From assembly GCF_052425735.1 (NCBI RefSeq), contig NC_135761.1, forward strand, positions 42,160,001 to 42,224,000: a stretch of 64,000 nt of DNA, written 5' to 3'. A program made the position numbers and the translations under genes. Shown piece after piece: positions 23,719-36,495 of the stretch. Origin of the DNA: Oculina patagonica (lineage: Eukaryota). How positions within the stretch are numbered: position 1 is the stretch's first letter; each line of letters opens with the position of its first letter. The notes under the pieces were generated by a model. It was not told where the DNA came from. It did no database searches and worked only from the letters and a program-made list of their open reading frames with translations.

Positions 23719-24265
23719 GAATGTAAGCAATTCTAATGCAGTGAAATGTAAAAATGTAAGTAATTGTGCGTTAAGACATGTAGGTAACCTAAGTAATTGT
23801 TCTGTAAGTAGGCTTTATATTATTATTTTTTTCTGTGTGTTGCAATAAATAAATAAAATAAAAAATAATAAAAAAATGGAGGCACCCCCATCTCTGGGGC
23901 ATACCATGTATTGCTGTAACTTGATGTCACCATGTCAGTTATTGGGCAACTTATCTAAAAAAAATTGGCCAAATTGAAGTAGCATTAATTAGTATTCTTT
24001 GTCATTGCTTTTTTCTTTTAAATTAGAGTCTCTTGCCTATCAATGCTGATCTTCAAGGAATATAATACCTTGAAAATGTAATATTATTGGCAGACATTCA
24101 AAGGGCAACCCTGCTAAACCAAAACCATTATAACAATAATTGTTATTATTAAGTTATTAATATTATAATGGTTTTTATTATTACTATTATGTAAATGGAG
24201 TATTTTGATAGGACTGGTAATTACTATATGCCCATTTACTCAAGATTAATTTTCTTCTTAATCAG

Positions 24266-26385
24266 GTAATTGCACACTTTAAATCAAAAACTCTTACAAG
24301 GGAGCTGCCAAAAGAACTTAACAGCCTGGGACAACCCTTCACAAGATACATATGGGTGGTGACCATTTAACTGTTGAGCGTGCAATCAGTGCTGTGAATG
24401 CTGTCGGAGATGCTGATACTCCCTTTGAAAGACTCCAAGGCCTTGTATTGAAACAAGAAGATTTTCACTGTGAAATGAATTTTCTACAGGTTATTTTTTA
24501 TTTGTCATGTTAATAACATTTATGGACTTTTTAAATAATTCTTGTTTTTACACATCAGAGATATTACTGAGGTACTAGTTACTACATGAAAGCAAGGGTA
24601 CCAATAATTAAGAGTCTTTTGCAACAAGACACTTCCATAAACAAATTAATATGTAAATGTAAAGTTGTTTTTATCTAGCTTGTGGTCTTTAGCTGTTTCT
24701 TGGTTTGCTTAGAAAATCTATTTCTTGATTTTTGAATGGACAAAATTTTAACAGCCTTGTTAAAGGGGCTATGTCACGCAATTTTAGGCAATTCCGGCAC
24801 TAACCAACTGTTCATAGAATTAACTGAAATATCAAAATAACAGACACCAATAGGCCAAAAAGTGGTGGGATGGGCAAAAATTGACAAAATTAAAACGGAT
24901 TACATTCTGGTAAACTTGGAAAAAGTTTGCCCGACTTTAAGTGTATCTCTAATTGTATGCAAAGTGTCGGTTACAATGCTAAAAATTCATACTTGTTTGT
25001 TATGTGGCTGTTATTTTGCCAATATAAGGCCCTGCCAATTTGAAGTTTAGTGCTCTTAATAAACGAAAATAAATAGAACTGCATAAAATACTATGACATA
25101 GCCCCTTTTAGCATTAGGTTATAAACCCCTAAAGAAAGGCAAAAATTCTGACTTGGCAAGTTATATTGTCATTTGTATAATAATATTATATGGGCTGTAC
25201 CTCTGAGTTATAACAAATGCTGTCTTTCAACTTGCAGACAGTATTTGACTATCTCTACAAAAGCGAGTCAGTGGAAGACCTAGGAAGTTTGTACCAACTA
25301 AAAACTAGGCTGAACAGGAAAGATGTAAAAGATAAGGTTAACAAATCATATCACGGATGTGAGGCTTTTTTTAACACTGTTATTGATGGGTATATTGTGT
25401 ATGCTGCCATGCAGTTTTTTTGGCATGCAATCCCCCCAAAGTAATCCATGTTTAAACACATTGGAACCTACAAGCGATGCTGATTGCCCTGTGTCACAGA
25501 AACAGCAGTTATATAATGCCGTTGGAAAACTTGTGGAGAAGTACGTCTTTCTTGAGATACAGCCGACTGCAGTACTCTTCACCAAAGTTCAAGAGGCAGA
25601 GCAACCCCAGCGCTACAATTGTAGGTATCCAGAATGTGACAAGAACTATCAACATGAGAAGAGAAGAAACAACCCTGAAGTGTCAGTACATGGACTAACC
25701 ATCAGAAATCATGAGGAAAGAAGCCCACCAGACTACCGAAATGAAGATGGCGTGTTTAATTATTCACATAACATTGTTAAGACTGGCCTTCTCTTTCAAG
25801 ATTTCCAAGACGCAATTAAAGAGGGCGATGGTGCAAGAATGGAATATCTTTGGAAGTTCATGATGCTCTTGTTTAAAGTAGCAGGGAAGACAAAGTATTC
25901 CTTTGGCAGCAATCAGACTTCATGCACAACTCAATGCCTTGCTGACGCCCCAAGAGGCAAATTGTATTCGCTGGAACCGTACTGTTAACTTAAAGGGTGG
26001 GGTGGGAAGAAATGTAGCAACAGATCAAGCTATGGAGCACAGTATCAAGGACACAAAAGAGTTGATGAATGGCCAGGGAGCAAATCTTTCGTTTTCTACA
26101 GCTCAGTTGTACAGCAGGGAAAGCGACGATGTGAAGTGCATAATGAAGAACTTTGACCAGGAAAACAATGTGCGCAAAGAGTCAACAAAACACCAAAGGA
26201 AGCAACATACAGACATCCAAATAGTTGTTGACATTCTCGAAGAAATGAAGGCTTTCACAGAGATTCCTGGGAGAACCCACACTGGAATTGGATCTGTTCC
26301 CAAAGATCCAATCTCTGTTCTTAATTATGTAGATTTGAATGCTTGGCTAACCAAGCATAAAAAAAGCTGGATTCCTTTGCTTTAG
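24266..26385 (+). pseudogene. DUF6589-like (probably Academ/AcademH-type) transposase with an internal C2H2-like finger; spliced and frameshifted
   Basis: GGDHLTVER..TPFERLQGL..EDFHCEMNFLQ, intron at about 24490-25237, GSLYQLKTRLNR, DAIKEGDGAR..WK..L.F...KTKY and WNRTVNLKGGVGRNVATDQAMEH. Finger: CRYPECDKNY..(H>P)..H. Confidence 0.68.
24764..25106. mobile_element. Kolobok-like MITE in an intron
   Basis: TIR aggggctatgtca / tgacatagcccct; flanks TTAA (left) and TTTA (right). Confidence 0.7.
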
Positions 26386-26468
26386 ATAAATAAATAATAC
26401 AAAGTAATACTCAACAAGCCAAATATCACTGTGTTACTGAACACTTTTTTGTAGAAATCCTGCTTTAA

Positions 26469-27055
26469 GTTGGCTGGTATCAAATTTCAGCACTTTCAAG
26501 CACTTATACTTTGAAGGGTCAGTATTACAAGTTGATGCTACAATAATGGTATCAAATAAATGCCTTGAATGATTGGTGAATACATTATGGTTATTTTATT
26601 GATGTAATTGGTTACCATAGCAACAGTATGAAATGTTAAAAACACCCTTAATTATAGCTTTAAATGCTTATAGCTCGAGAATGAGCTTGATGACCCCGAT
26701 TTTTTATTATTAAACACCGATCAGCATGTTAAGATACAACTTTCTGCAAAGTTAAAAAAATCTAAGAAACCGTTTTAGCCACCTTGCTGATCAATGTTAA
26801 ATAATAAAATATGGGGTCATCGAGCTCGTTCTTGAGTTATAACCTATAAGCACTTAAAGCTAAAATTAAGGATGTTTTAACAGGTCATGCTGTTGCTATG
26901 GTAATCAGTGACATCAATAAAATAACCTAAATGTATTCACCAATCATTAAGCATTTATTGGATACCATTATTGTAGCAGTAACTAATAAACATTTGTTGT
27001 ATTGACCTGTCAAAGTATAAGAGCTTGAAAGTGTTGAAAACCAATACCAACCACC
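26469..27055. mobile_element. Palindromic Kolobok-like MITE with about 250-bp imperfect arms
   Basis: 26469-26720 is the degenerate reverse complement of about 26795-27055. Termini TTAA|gttggctggtat ... ataccaaccacc|gtaa. Confidence 0.72.
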
Positions 27056-27299
27056 GTAAACAAAATTCACCATTGCCATGCAGGATAAAGCTGTTGAACA
27101 AAAAGACAGGCAACTCTATATACAACAATGGATTCAGGCAGGCCTTTATTCGGATTGGCTTATTGCATGCAATTCAGTGGTCCACATTTTCCCATCTAGA
27201 CCGTGTATATAAGCCGCTCTGAGTTTTCCAGCTTTGTGACCTTTCAAGCAGTTTATGCACACTAAAAAAATGTCAACACTGAAGAGGAAAACTAAAACA

Positions 27300-27610
27300 G
27301 TTATGGCTTCTGAAAGCGATAGCTATCATAGCAGAAGCGAATTCTACTATCCAGATGAAGAAAACGTGCCTTCAGAAAACAAAAACTACGGAAATGCAAG
27401 AAACGACAATGAAGATGAAATGCTGACAATCCAAGAGTACATTGAAAAACAGAGACAGGAAATCACGACCAAGAAAACAGCATATGACATTAATGTCTGA
27501 AACAGATATTGTTTGTCAGGCGGTGAGCCTAGAAAGCTGGAAAATATCTCAGCCAACGACCTAAACATTTTCTTGTGCAATTTTTTTATGAACATGAGAA
27601 GATGGTGGCA
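27300..27610 (+). pseudogene. Crypton (CryptonA/KCTD1/QRICH1-type) N-terminal fragment
   Basis: YIEKQRQEITTKKTAYDINV*..GEPRKLENISANDLNIFLCNFFMNMRR resembles the N-terminal binding domain of Crypton recombinases. Confidence 0.6.
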
Positions 27611-27624
27611 ATTACAAACCAACT

Positions 27625-27990
27625 TCCCTGTCCTCTCCCAACCCCCAGAAATTCCCAATCCCTTTAGATTGGAGGGGGGATATTGGCATTTTATGAACAA
27701 AAATACCATTATTTATAGTAATTTTAATCTAAAGCTTATTCAAAGACCTGGTAAACACTGAAATGCTCGAACAATACTTGGAAAAGACAGTGTATCCCAC
27801 TTGTATCAAAGCTTTTCAGATAAGGACAGTTCATGGAGGATGAAGGGCCATTAATAGCATCTTTAATTATGGATGCCGTTAATTGTGAGTCCCTGACAAG
27901 AGGCAAGGTATGTTGAAGGGTTCTATTATTCTATAATTTTCAGAATACTTACAAACCTTAAAAATTTGTGTAATGAGTTTGCTTTTCTAA
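27625..27990 (+). repeat. Diverged duplicate of 31925-32300 (helicase-like gene exon C with flanks)
   Basis: Shared gaggatga.gggccattaatagcatc.ttaat.atggatgc..tt.a.tgtgagtccct.acaagaggcaaggtatgttgaa. Confidence 0.85.
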
Positions 27991-29691
27991 ATAACCGGCA
28001 TGCATACATGCATGCACAGGCGATGACGCTTTACAATGATCCCAGAAATTGCATTTTTCTTATTCATTTTAATTTTTATTTGCCTTGACTACAAAACGAA
28101 CGTCCAATACATTACAAACCTACAGTATGACAAGATAAATACATTAAATCATTATGAACTTCGTCATTTAGCGACAGAAAGGCCCAGGATTGATTTCTAC
28201 CCCTAGTCGATACTGAAGATTGTGTGAAATTTCCGTATTGAAATGGTCTGAAATGTAATGAAGTCAACACCACTTACTAGAATCACTTACATGCATTAAT
28301 GCAACTTATCAAACAAAACATTTTAGATCAGCTAAATCAGCAATAGGGTAGAAGTTCTTTCTGAGTGAACTCTGGCTTCTCGTAAAAATAGGAATACGGA
28401 TACCGTAACTGTGTTATTTTTAATGGCTTGAGATAAATACCCGAATAAATATTATCAAAAGCAGTAAAAGGAAGATGGCGAGTCGCGAAGGGAAAAGTTA
28501 AATATTATCGACAACAATGCACGTCAAAGCAAACAATGATTTCAGATAGGTCACCTTTGCAATCTATAAATCAAGATACTGCTGCCATCGGTCTCCCTTT
28601 TGGAAAGGTTTCAAAAGTTATGACACTAACCGGCCTTCACTCGTCAAATTCAACATCAGTCAACTTAGTCTGCCATCACGTATGCCGACTTCGAATACAC
28701 GTACAATGGTAAAAAAGTTCTTTAAGCGAGCTCACAATTATCCAGTACATCATTCTCCCCTGACCCCAAAACTCTGTTTAACTGTACGTTAGAAATCAAA
28801 CGCGTTTTGCCGATGGATGCTCTTAAGATTGATTCATACTCATTGACAATCAAAGATGGCGTACCAAAACTGAGTAAACAACAAAGTGCCTAGTTCCCAG
28901 TGCTACTCGGTTGGAGTAATCTTTCACTCCTCACACGGCCGTCCACCGGGACATAGCATATAGGCGTCACCGCCTAAAAATGAGATTGTTGTAGTTGTAT
29001 ACTTATGGGAAATTCATGCTAAGGAATGCTTTGGCCATAATCATAGTGGCCGTAAGACTCTAACTCTAAACTTGAAAAGGTTATTATTTAAAAGAAGGTT
29101 TAAAAAGGTTCATTGTGGCAGATAAAGATAAGCCAAAAAATTATATTCAACTTTCCACACTTCAGTTCATTTCACTTGTTAGTTTGATTGTCATCTAGCT
29201 TCAAATAAAGAGCAGGCCAAAACCCCAAGAGATAGAGTTCCCATTCATTGCAAATAGTTTTCATAGTTTTAGTTTTTCATTTTTGTTCATGAAGTCATAT
29301 AAAAAATGGCGCTATTTTGCTTATTACGCGTATAATTCTGGGTTAACAGGCTACCCGTGAAAGAAAATATAATACCGGACAGGACAATACGTTTTACATG
29401 AAGTAATAATTAGATAGACTGAGTAATTATTAGATAGACCGAGTCAGCAAGCGAACGTTGTGAATTCGTTCATGTTGTAGCGTCTAGGCGAGTTTTACGG
29501 CTTAATTACAGTTCAGTGATTGTCCTACTTGTGTGGTTGTGTTCTTCCTCGAGTTTATTACACCCGATACAATCAGCTTATCAAACATTAAATTTTTTTC
29601 ACAGTGAAATAGAGTTACATGATCAGAAGAGTGTGGTAGGACACGAGACCACCTGGGTGTCAACAACTACTTCCACAAACTCCAGGCATAT

Positions 29692-29945
29692 CTTGGTAGG
29701 ACCCGGGACGAGCAGTGCGTCCAACTCTTCTTTGGCAGGCACCAGACTTGACTTGGTAGGACCCGGGACAAGCAGTGTGTCCAACTCTTCTTTGGCAAGC
29801 ACCAGACTTGACTTGGTAGGACCCGGGACGAGCAGTGTGTCCAACACTAGTTTGGCAAACACTGGACTTGACTTGGTAGGACCCGGGACGAGCAGTGCGT
29901 CCAACACTAGTTCGGCAAACACCAGACTTGCCTTGGTAGGACTCA
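29692..29945. repeat. 60-bp minisatellite, about 4.2 copies
   Basis: Unit cttggtaggacccgggacgagcagtg(c/t)gtccaac....ttggca..caccagacttga, repeated exactly every 60 bp. Confidence 0.95.
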
Positions 29946-30330
29946 GGACTAGACAGTGTATCCCACTTGTAAAAAACGTTTTGGACTATTTCAAGAAAAC
30001 TGACATTAATACAAACCTTTGGCTGGTTATAAAGCATGTTAATATATTTTAATTTAACAAACAAATGTCGGCATCAGATACCTAGAACAGGTACATTTTT
30101 GATGGTCCAGGATGGAGGAGTCGCATTATTTTATGGTAAGAGACGTTCAGGTACCTCTCTCCTCTGCATTAATAGGCTCCTTCAGTGGGAGAAAGTGGAT
30201 AACACGGAATGAAAAATAGGGGAAGTGCAGGGAAAATTGTGTCCCCCACTCGCTTTTGTTTTAATTATCTCTGGGCTGGCACTCCACGTTGATATTGATA
30301 TCATATTGATAACTGCTTTTATTTTGCAGC

Positions 30331-33071
30331 TGGCAGTGTGTTGGGCCTGCAATACGAAGCAATTATTAAAGCTGGGCTTTACTTTCTTATTCCGGTTATA
30401 TGTGACGAACACAGGCTGGGAAAAACATAATCAGCCAAGGCAGCTCTCCATCTGATGGGCAACCACAACAATTTTTTTGCATCGGCACAGGAGCGTTTTA
30501 TTCCATGACTTTGTTCAAGGTCAACCTTTCCTCCCGTGCTTGATGACATAAAGAATGTCCAACAGTTAGGTGAGCTTGCCCTGGCATATTTTGATGGAGG
30601 CAAGGATGGTACTTGTAGTCGGGAAATGATTCCCAAGACCTGCCCCCTGGTAATGACAAACTGGGAAGCCCTAAAGGGTCTTCCTCAGGATTACAGGTAT
30701 TATGCCAGTAAAAAGATAAATAAAGAACCATTTAAACTGCAATTAATTATTAATAGTGGTAATTGAACTGAGTGGAGTGAAATTTGGTCTGAAATCAGAT
30801 ACCATGCTTTAGAAATCGAATTGAAGTGCAGTATGAGCGAGATTTGAATTAACAACCATGATTTCAGATTAAATATACACAACACAAAATTCAATTACCA
30901 CTTAGTTACATCCATTTTAAATTGGCACAATTTAATCACCCCAAAATAAGATTTTAGTCAATAACAATATTTTTGATCATGTATATAAAAAGGAGTGTCG
31001 AATGGTAAATGCCAGACTTTGTGAGACGGAAAGACCGTGGACCAGGACTATAAAAAATTCATGTAATTAAGAGCAAAAATAAGTGCGATTTGTAAATTAA
31101 TCACACAGATTAATTTGGTAGATAACTTAGTTATAATAATAGACATTCTGGTTTGTAAATTACTAAAACTCATGCCTTGTAAACTGTTCACAATGCATTG
31201 CATTTAACAGGATCGCAAGCCGCCTGGCTATGATTCCGTTTGTGGTTGGGCCAAGGAGTCCTGATGGATTGGATGCCCAGCAACAGGCGGAGGAAAACTT
31301 AAAGGTGGCCATGACGGATGCCCCAAGAGCCCTGGGGGCTTTAATCTCAATCAACATTTACAATGTTATGAGGAGGAGCAAGGAAATAAAATCGAAATGT
31401 CTTGCTGAAGATTTTCCTGACATTAACAACAGGGTGTCAGAGAACTATGCTCTTCTCTTGTCGATGACAGAAGAAGTAAGTGACAGATTTCAGTTAGCTC
31501 AAAAGGGTCTAATAACAATGCATGTATTAGAAACAAGGCAAATTATATTCTACTGCACTAAATAAATCTCTGGTGTATAATCACAAAAGTATAAGCTTTA
31601 AAATTATTATTTTGTACAGGTTCCAAACAGCGTGCACACAAACTGTTTCATGGAAGGCGCCTTTAATTGTTGGCAAAAACCTCAAGCTATACCTCTCCAC
31701 AGAAGGGATTCTTCCAAAGACTCTCCTCCCAATTTTTTTGCTGAAAATTTAAATTTTCTGGTTGCAAAAATGATTGAAATCTCACCCACAGATAGGAATT
31801 TTCAAGACCCCATCTCCTCCCCATCTTGAAATTCCATACAAGACCCCCTCCCATCACAATGAATTGCAAATCCCTTCTGTGGGGGGGGGATACTACAAAT
31901 TATACTTCATGCTTTTATGGCCCTGCAGCCTTCTCCCAACCCCAGGAATTTCCAATCCCTTTAGATCTGGATAATAAAACCATTAATTATAGCAATTGTA
32001 ATCTACAGCTCATTGACCTTGTCAATGATAAAGACCTTGTTAACACAGACATGCTTGAGGAATACTTTGAGGACATAATGTACCCGACGTGTATAAAACG
32101 GTTCCAGATGAAGACAGGGCAGAATGGGCCCGCTGGCTGTGAGGATGAGGGGCCATTAATAGCATCCTTAATAATGGATGCTATTGACTGTGAGTCCCTA
32201 ACAAGAGGCAAGGTATGTTGAATGGGTTCTATTACTCTATCATTTTTCAAAATACTTAGAAACTTCAAAATTTGTGTAATGGCTTTGCTTTTCTAAATAA
32301 TGAGGTTGCATGTTGTTGTTGTATATATCCTCATTCTATTGAACGCTTTGGCCATAATCATAGTGGCTATAAGAAAACAAGAAAATTTTGTCAGATAAAC
32401 CAGATTAGCCAAAACAAACGAAGTTAAACTTTCAACAATTCAGATCATTTCACTTGTTTAAGTTGGATGGTCATCTAAATGCAAATCGAGAGGAGGGCAA
32501 AAGGCCAAGAGATAGAGTTCCCATTGGTTGTAAACTGCTATAATCATATTTTTGTTTTCCGTTTTTTTTTTTTTCATGAAGGTTTGGCAAAAAACTTTGG
32601 GCTGGTAATAAAGCATTTTAATGTTAATATTTTAATTTAACTACAAACGTAGGTAATAATAGACTCCATCTAGAGGCCTCAAAACACTTGCAAGCATTGC
32701 ATGCCTATGTTAACGGGAATCAAGTGAGATCCACTTTGCTCACTACAATTTTTTTTTCAAGTTCAACATTACATAGATGCACAAACAACAAACAAGAAAG
32801 AGTATTTTCAGTAATTAAAAAATGGTACTTTTCAATTAATCCATACAGCTAACACCAGTTCATGAGAGAGATTGCAGGAGGGCTTTAGCCATTATTGAGA
32901 AAAAGGAGGACGCCCTGCTTGTATCTGCTTCAATGAGCTTTGAGAAGGATGAAGAGAAGCAAAGACAATGGAAAAGAATCAACATCAAAAGACTCCGAGC
33001 GCATGCAAATAGACTCTGAGCACAAATTAAAAAGCTTGAAATGGAAATTGAAAAAGAACTCCAAGAACTAA
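30331..33071 (+). pseudogene. Spliced P-loop NTPase resembling SF3/DUF927 replicative helicases
   Basis: Exon A (to 30696): HRLGKT*SAKAALHLMG (Walker A), PPVLDD (Walker B), LVMTN (motif C). Exon B 31211-31475: IASRLAMIPF (Arg finger), RVSENYALL. Exon C 32009-32212. Probable last exon at about 32850-33071. Splice phases A-B-C are compatible. Confidence 0.6.
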
Positions 33072-33714
33072 TATAAAGATTTATTACTATTTTTTACCTA
33101 TAAAAATTTATCATCTACCTCCCTTAAGTATGTAAAAAATTTTGGTCAACAGATTATTCCTAATTCCAGCCTGTAAAATTTCAAAAGAACAGGACTTGTA
33201 AAATTTAGCACAAATGATTTTTAATTCACTCAGCATTTCAGAGCATGAGCCTCTACAATTTTAAATTTAAAATGCATTTATATCAGTCAAGAGTGTAAGT
33301 GTCCAAATGTGTCCTTTTTGATCCGGCTTGTACTGCTTTCGCAGGACCACTCTGTGTTTAGTGCTCGTGGGTGTGATTTATTTGTCTTTTTTCTGGCTGT
33401 TCTTCCTCAAAGTATGAATTTCCATTCTAGAATAAATTTAAGGAACAACTTATTAAAAATTAAACACATTTGTTAAACCTTACTCTCCCATTTTTACGAC
33501 TTACGACTTTACGACTTTACGACTTTTTTTGGTTTAAGCTGTTGACCTGCATTAACCCCTTGGTTACCTTCAAAATGAAGACACCCGAGCAAGACAAACA
33601 AAAGCTGCATATAATTTATTAGTATCTCTTTTAAGTTATTAAATGTTATTCTTCAATGCATATTCAACTGCCAACATATGGTTAATACTTATATATTCTG
33701 GTATTTAGATTACA

Positions 33715-34180
33715 AAACATCATGACTTGTAAACTGTTTACAATGCATTTCGCAGGATTGCAAGCCGCCTGACGATGATTCCATTTGTGCTTGGGCCGAG
33801 GAGTCATGATGGACTACAGGCCCAGCTTCAAGCGGAGGAAACCTTAAAGGTGGCCATGGTGGATGCCCCATGAGCCCTGGGGGCTTTAATCTCCATAACA
33901 TTAACCATGTTTTGACAAGAAGCAAGAAAATCAAATCAATATTCTTTCTAAAGATTTTTCTGACATTGACGACAGGGTGTCAGAGAACTATGCTCTCCTT
34001 TTGTCGATGACAGAAGAAGTAAGTGGCAAGTTTCAGTTAAAACTTCAAAAACATGGGAGGTATCCTTAGCTCAAAAGGGTCCAAACACAAATGGATTTGT
34101 CAAAAACAAGGCAAACTATATAAATAAAATACGAGTAAAATACTACTAAACTAAATCAATCTCTGGTGTATAATCACACC
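33715..34180 (+). repeat. Diverged duplicate of 31165-31590 (helicase-like exon B at 33756-34018 with intron flanks)
   Basis: Shared gat.gcaagccgcctg..atgattcc.tttgtg.ttgggcc ... acagggtgtcagagaactatgctct.ct.ttgtcgatgacagaagaagtaagtg. Confidence 0.88.
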
Positions 34181-34324
34181 CCAGTGTGACGCAAATGGTG
34201 AATTTCTCCCATTGCCAAACTTTGTTAGGTTGAGGGATTTTAGTTTCTACATAATATAGGCTTTAAATTGATGTTCAGATTCCAAACAGCATGTACACAA
34301 GCTGACGGGGAAGGTAATGGGTAG

Positions 34325-34570
34325 ACGTTGTCCAGCCAGTATTGCATTCTACAACAAGTTCATGGGTGGTGTTGACAGGCACAATCAGGCTCGTCGGTAT
34401 AAAAACATCACGATAAAAACGGTAAAAGGGGTGGAAGTACCTGTTCTGGTTATTTCCTGAAACTGCAATTGTTAACTCCTTCATTATCTACAACTAAAGT
34501 CATGATTCTCTCAAACTTAGTCATCTTGATTTTCGCTTGAAACCCAGCAAGGATCTGATCGGCAATCATG
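34325..34570 (+). pseudogene. piggyBac transposase fragment
   Basis: CPASIAFYNKFMGGVDRHNQ..WKYLFW...AIVNSFIIY matches the YN..MGGVD..DQ motif. Confidence 0.8.
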
Positions 34571-35390
34571 CAACATGTTTTTGTTGATGTTCTTGATCAT
34601 ATTTACGATCGAATCACCGAGAAGGATAAAAAAGCTTTACCATGAGAAGCTTGTAATGCTAAGGACCAATGCCTGAAGCGAGCAAACAAGAAAGGTATTT
34701 GACCTTGTGAATCGTGTGACGGATGCTGAGGGTGCCAGGTAATGTACTTGGTAATGGTTTGAAGAATAGCACTTCTCAGAGGAATGAGGACACTGAATAA
34801 ACAAATAAGTGAATAAACATTTATTTTATTCTATGAACATGTTTTACTTATTTATGCTGTAAATTGCTTTCATGTAACTAAGCAGTGAAAGGGTTAAGTA
34901 ACTGAAATCGTCTTTTGTGTTTCTTATCCATCAAAAGAAACACAAAGCCACAATCCAACTGGTCTGCCTCCTGCCAGTTGAGATTTTTAATAATGTTACA
35001 TTCATGTTCATTTAAAAGATTTGTCTCCTCTGTTTCAGTGGCATTAACCTTGGGTGATATATGTCTGGTGGGTTGCACATCACCTGGAGCTTGCCCTCAA
35101 AGATGCAGGGCACCGTCTTCGATGATGTGGGTAAAGTCTTGCTTCGCCTCTATATCCTGTATGAGAATTCCCCAAGAAACTCAGGCAGCTTCAGGAGCTT
35201 CATGACATCTATCCTCAGACCTTCGAATTTGAAGAGGGAGGTGTTCAGCCAAAACGAGCTTGTGGTAATTATGATACCTGTCATTCTTTATTTTTTTATT
35301 TAATTGTTAATTATGTGTAAATCAGAAAAATTGTAACCTCCAGATAGTTAAATTATATTTTTCAAAGAGAAAAGAACGCTATGTTCCCTA

Positions 35391-36495
35391 TAGCCTGTTC
35401 CAGGCTCTCGGTAGGTATGGAAGAGCGACTAACGCAGGTGAGCTGCGTTTTTTACGTACTATTTCAAAAACGAGTGCGAGTGTTTCATCACGATTTCCAA
35501 ACACAAGAAAACAGATGAAAGCACGAGGCCGCTTCGGCCGAGTGCTTTCATCTGTTTTCTCGTGTTTGGAAATCGTGATGAAACACGATGCACGAGTTTT
35601 TGAAATGACTTCTCTAAAGAAACAATACAAAATTATGCAGTGTCGTATTTTTTCCCATTTTTCTTTAAAATGCCTTGTATGTGTCATTTGTTGTATTCAG
35701 TCGGCATTCATTGTATTTGTGAGCTTTTGTTTTTAATTATCCAATAGTTTCGCGTTGCACCAAATTTGTATTCTAAAAGCGTTGTGAACTTGAAGGGATT
35801 TACATATTGTTTTTGCCATGGCCGAAGGAAGGTTTCGCTCCCCGAAAACAATCGAGGAAGAAGAACTTTGCGTAGAGAGAGCAGTACCGAAGTCTACCAG
35901 ATATAAAAATAAGTGGGCAATAGGGATTTTTGAGGATTGGCAACGAGTGCGAAGTGTCAATGTTCCAATACTCGAGGTTGGTGGAGTTTTTAAAGAGTAT
36001 GAATTGCACAAAGTTCAGCCGCTTACACTAGGCTAGCTAGTAAGTGCGACAATTAGTGTCGATTCCAGCAGTGAGTCCGTGTCACGGAAGGTAGAAAAAG
36101 TTTCTCAGAATGTGGATATGGATACTATGCCAGTCTGTTTTGGCGACTTTAAGAAATGTACTGTAAACTTTAATTTCAAATGACTTAGGCTTGTCAGTTT
36201 GTAATTTGAAATGTTTTTCCTGGTCATTGTTTATTAAAAATTAATGATTCATGTAAAGCTGTGTTTGAGTAATATATGAATATGCAGATTAAGAACAATT
36301 TTTTCACTAGTGATGAAAACGTGATGAAACACTAGTGATGAAAACGTGATGAAACACTAGTGATTTTCAACTGGTGTTTCATTGAGTTTCCAACTCATCC
36401 ACCTGACCCGAATGGGGCGCTCTGGTTGGCTTATAACGTCATGAATTATTAATGAGTTTGAGAATATCTCCGTCAACTACCGAGAGCCTGCAACA
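35391..36495. mobile_element. TAG-terminus (Academ-like) MITE split by a Crypton-like insertion
   Basis: tagcctgttccaggctctcggtag at 35391 and ctaccgagagcctgcaaca ending at 36495 are inverted copies. Confidence 0.6.
35456..36465 (+). mobile_element. Non-autonomous Crypton-like element with a subterminal hairpin
   Basis: Near-perfect hairpin at 35480-35586. ORF 35818..36036 MAEGRF..AVPKSTRYKNKWAIGIFEDWQ resembles a Crypton N-terminus. No TSD seen. Confidence 0.65.

Noticed and set aside
23719-23880. tgta-rich, A-tailed segment after the DIRS
   Set aside because: It resembles a LINE 3' UTR, but there is no coding part or TSD to support a call.
28880-28980. GC-richer patch considered as a tRNA or tRNA-SINE
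   Set aside because: No convincing A/B boxes or cloverleaf on either strand.
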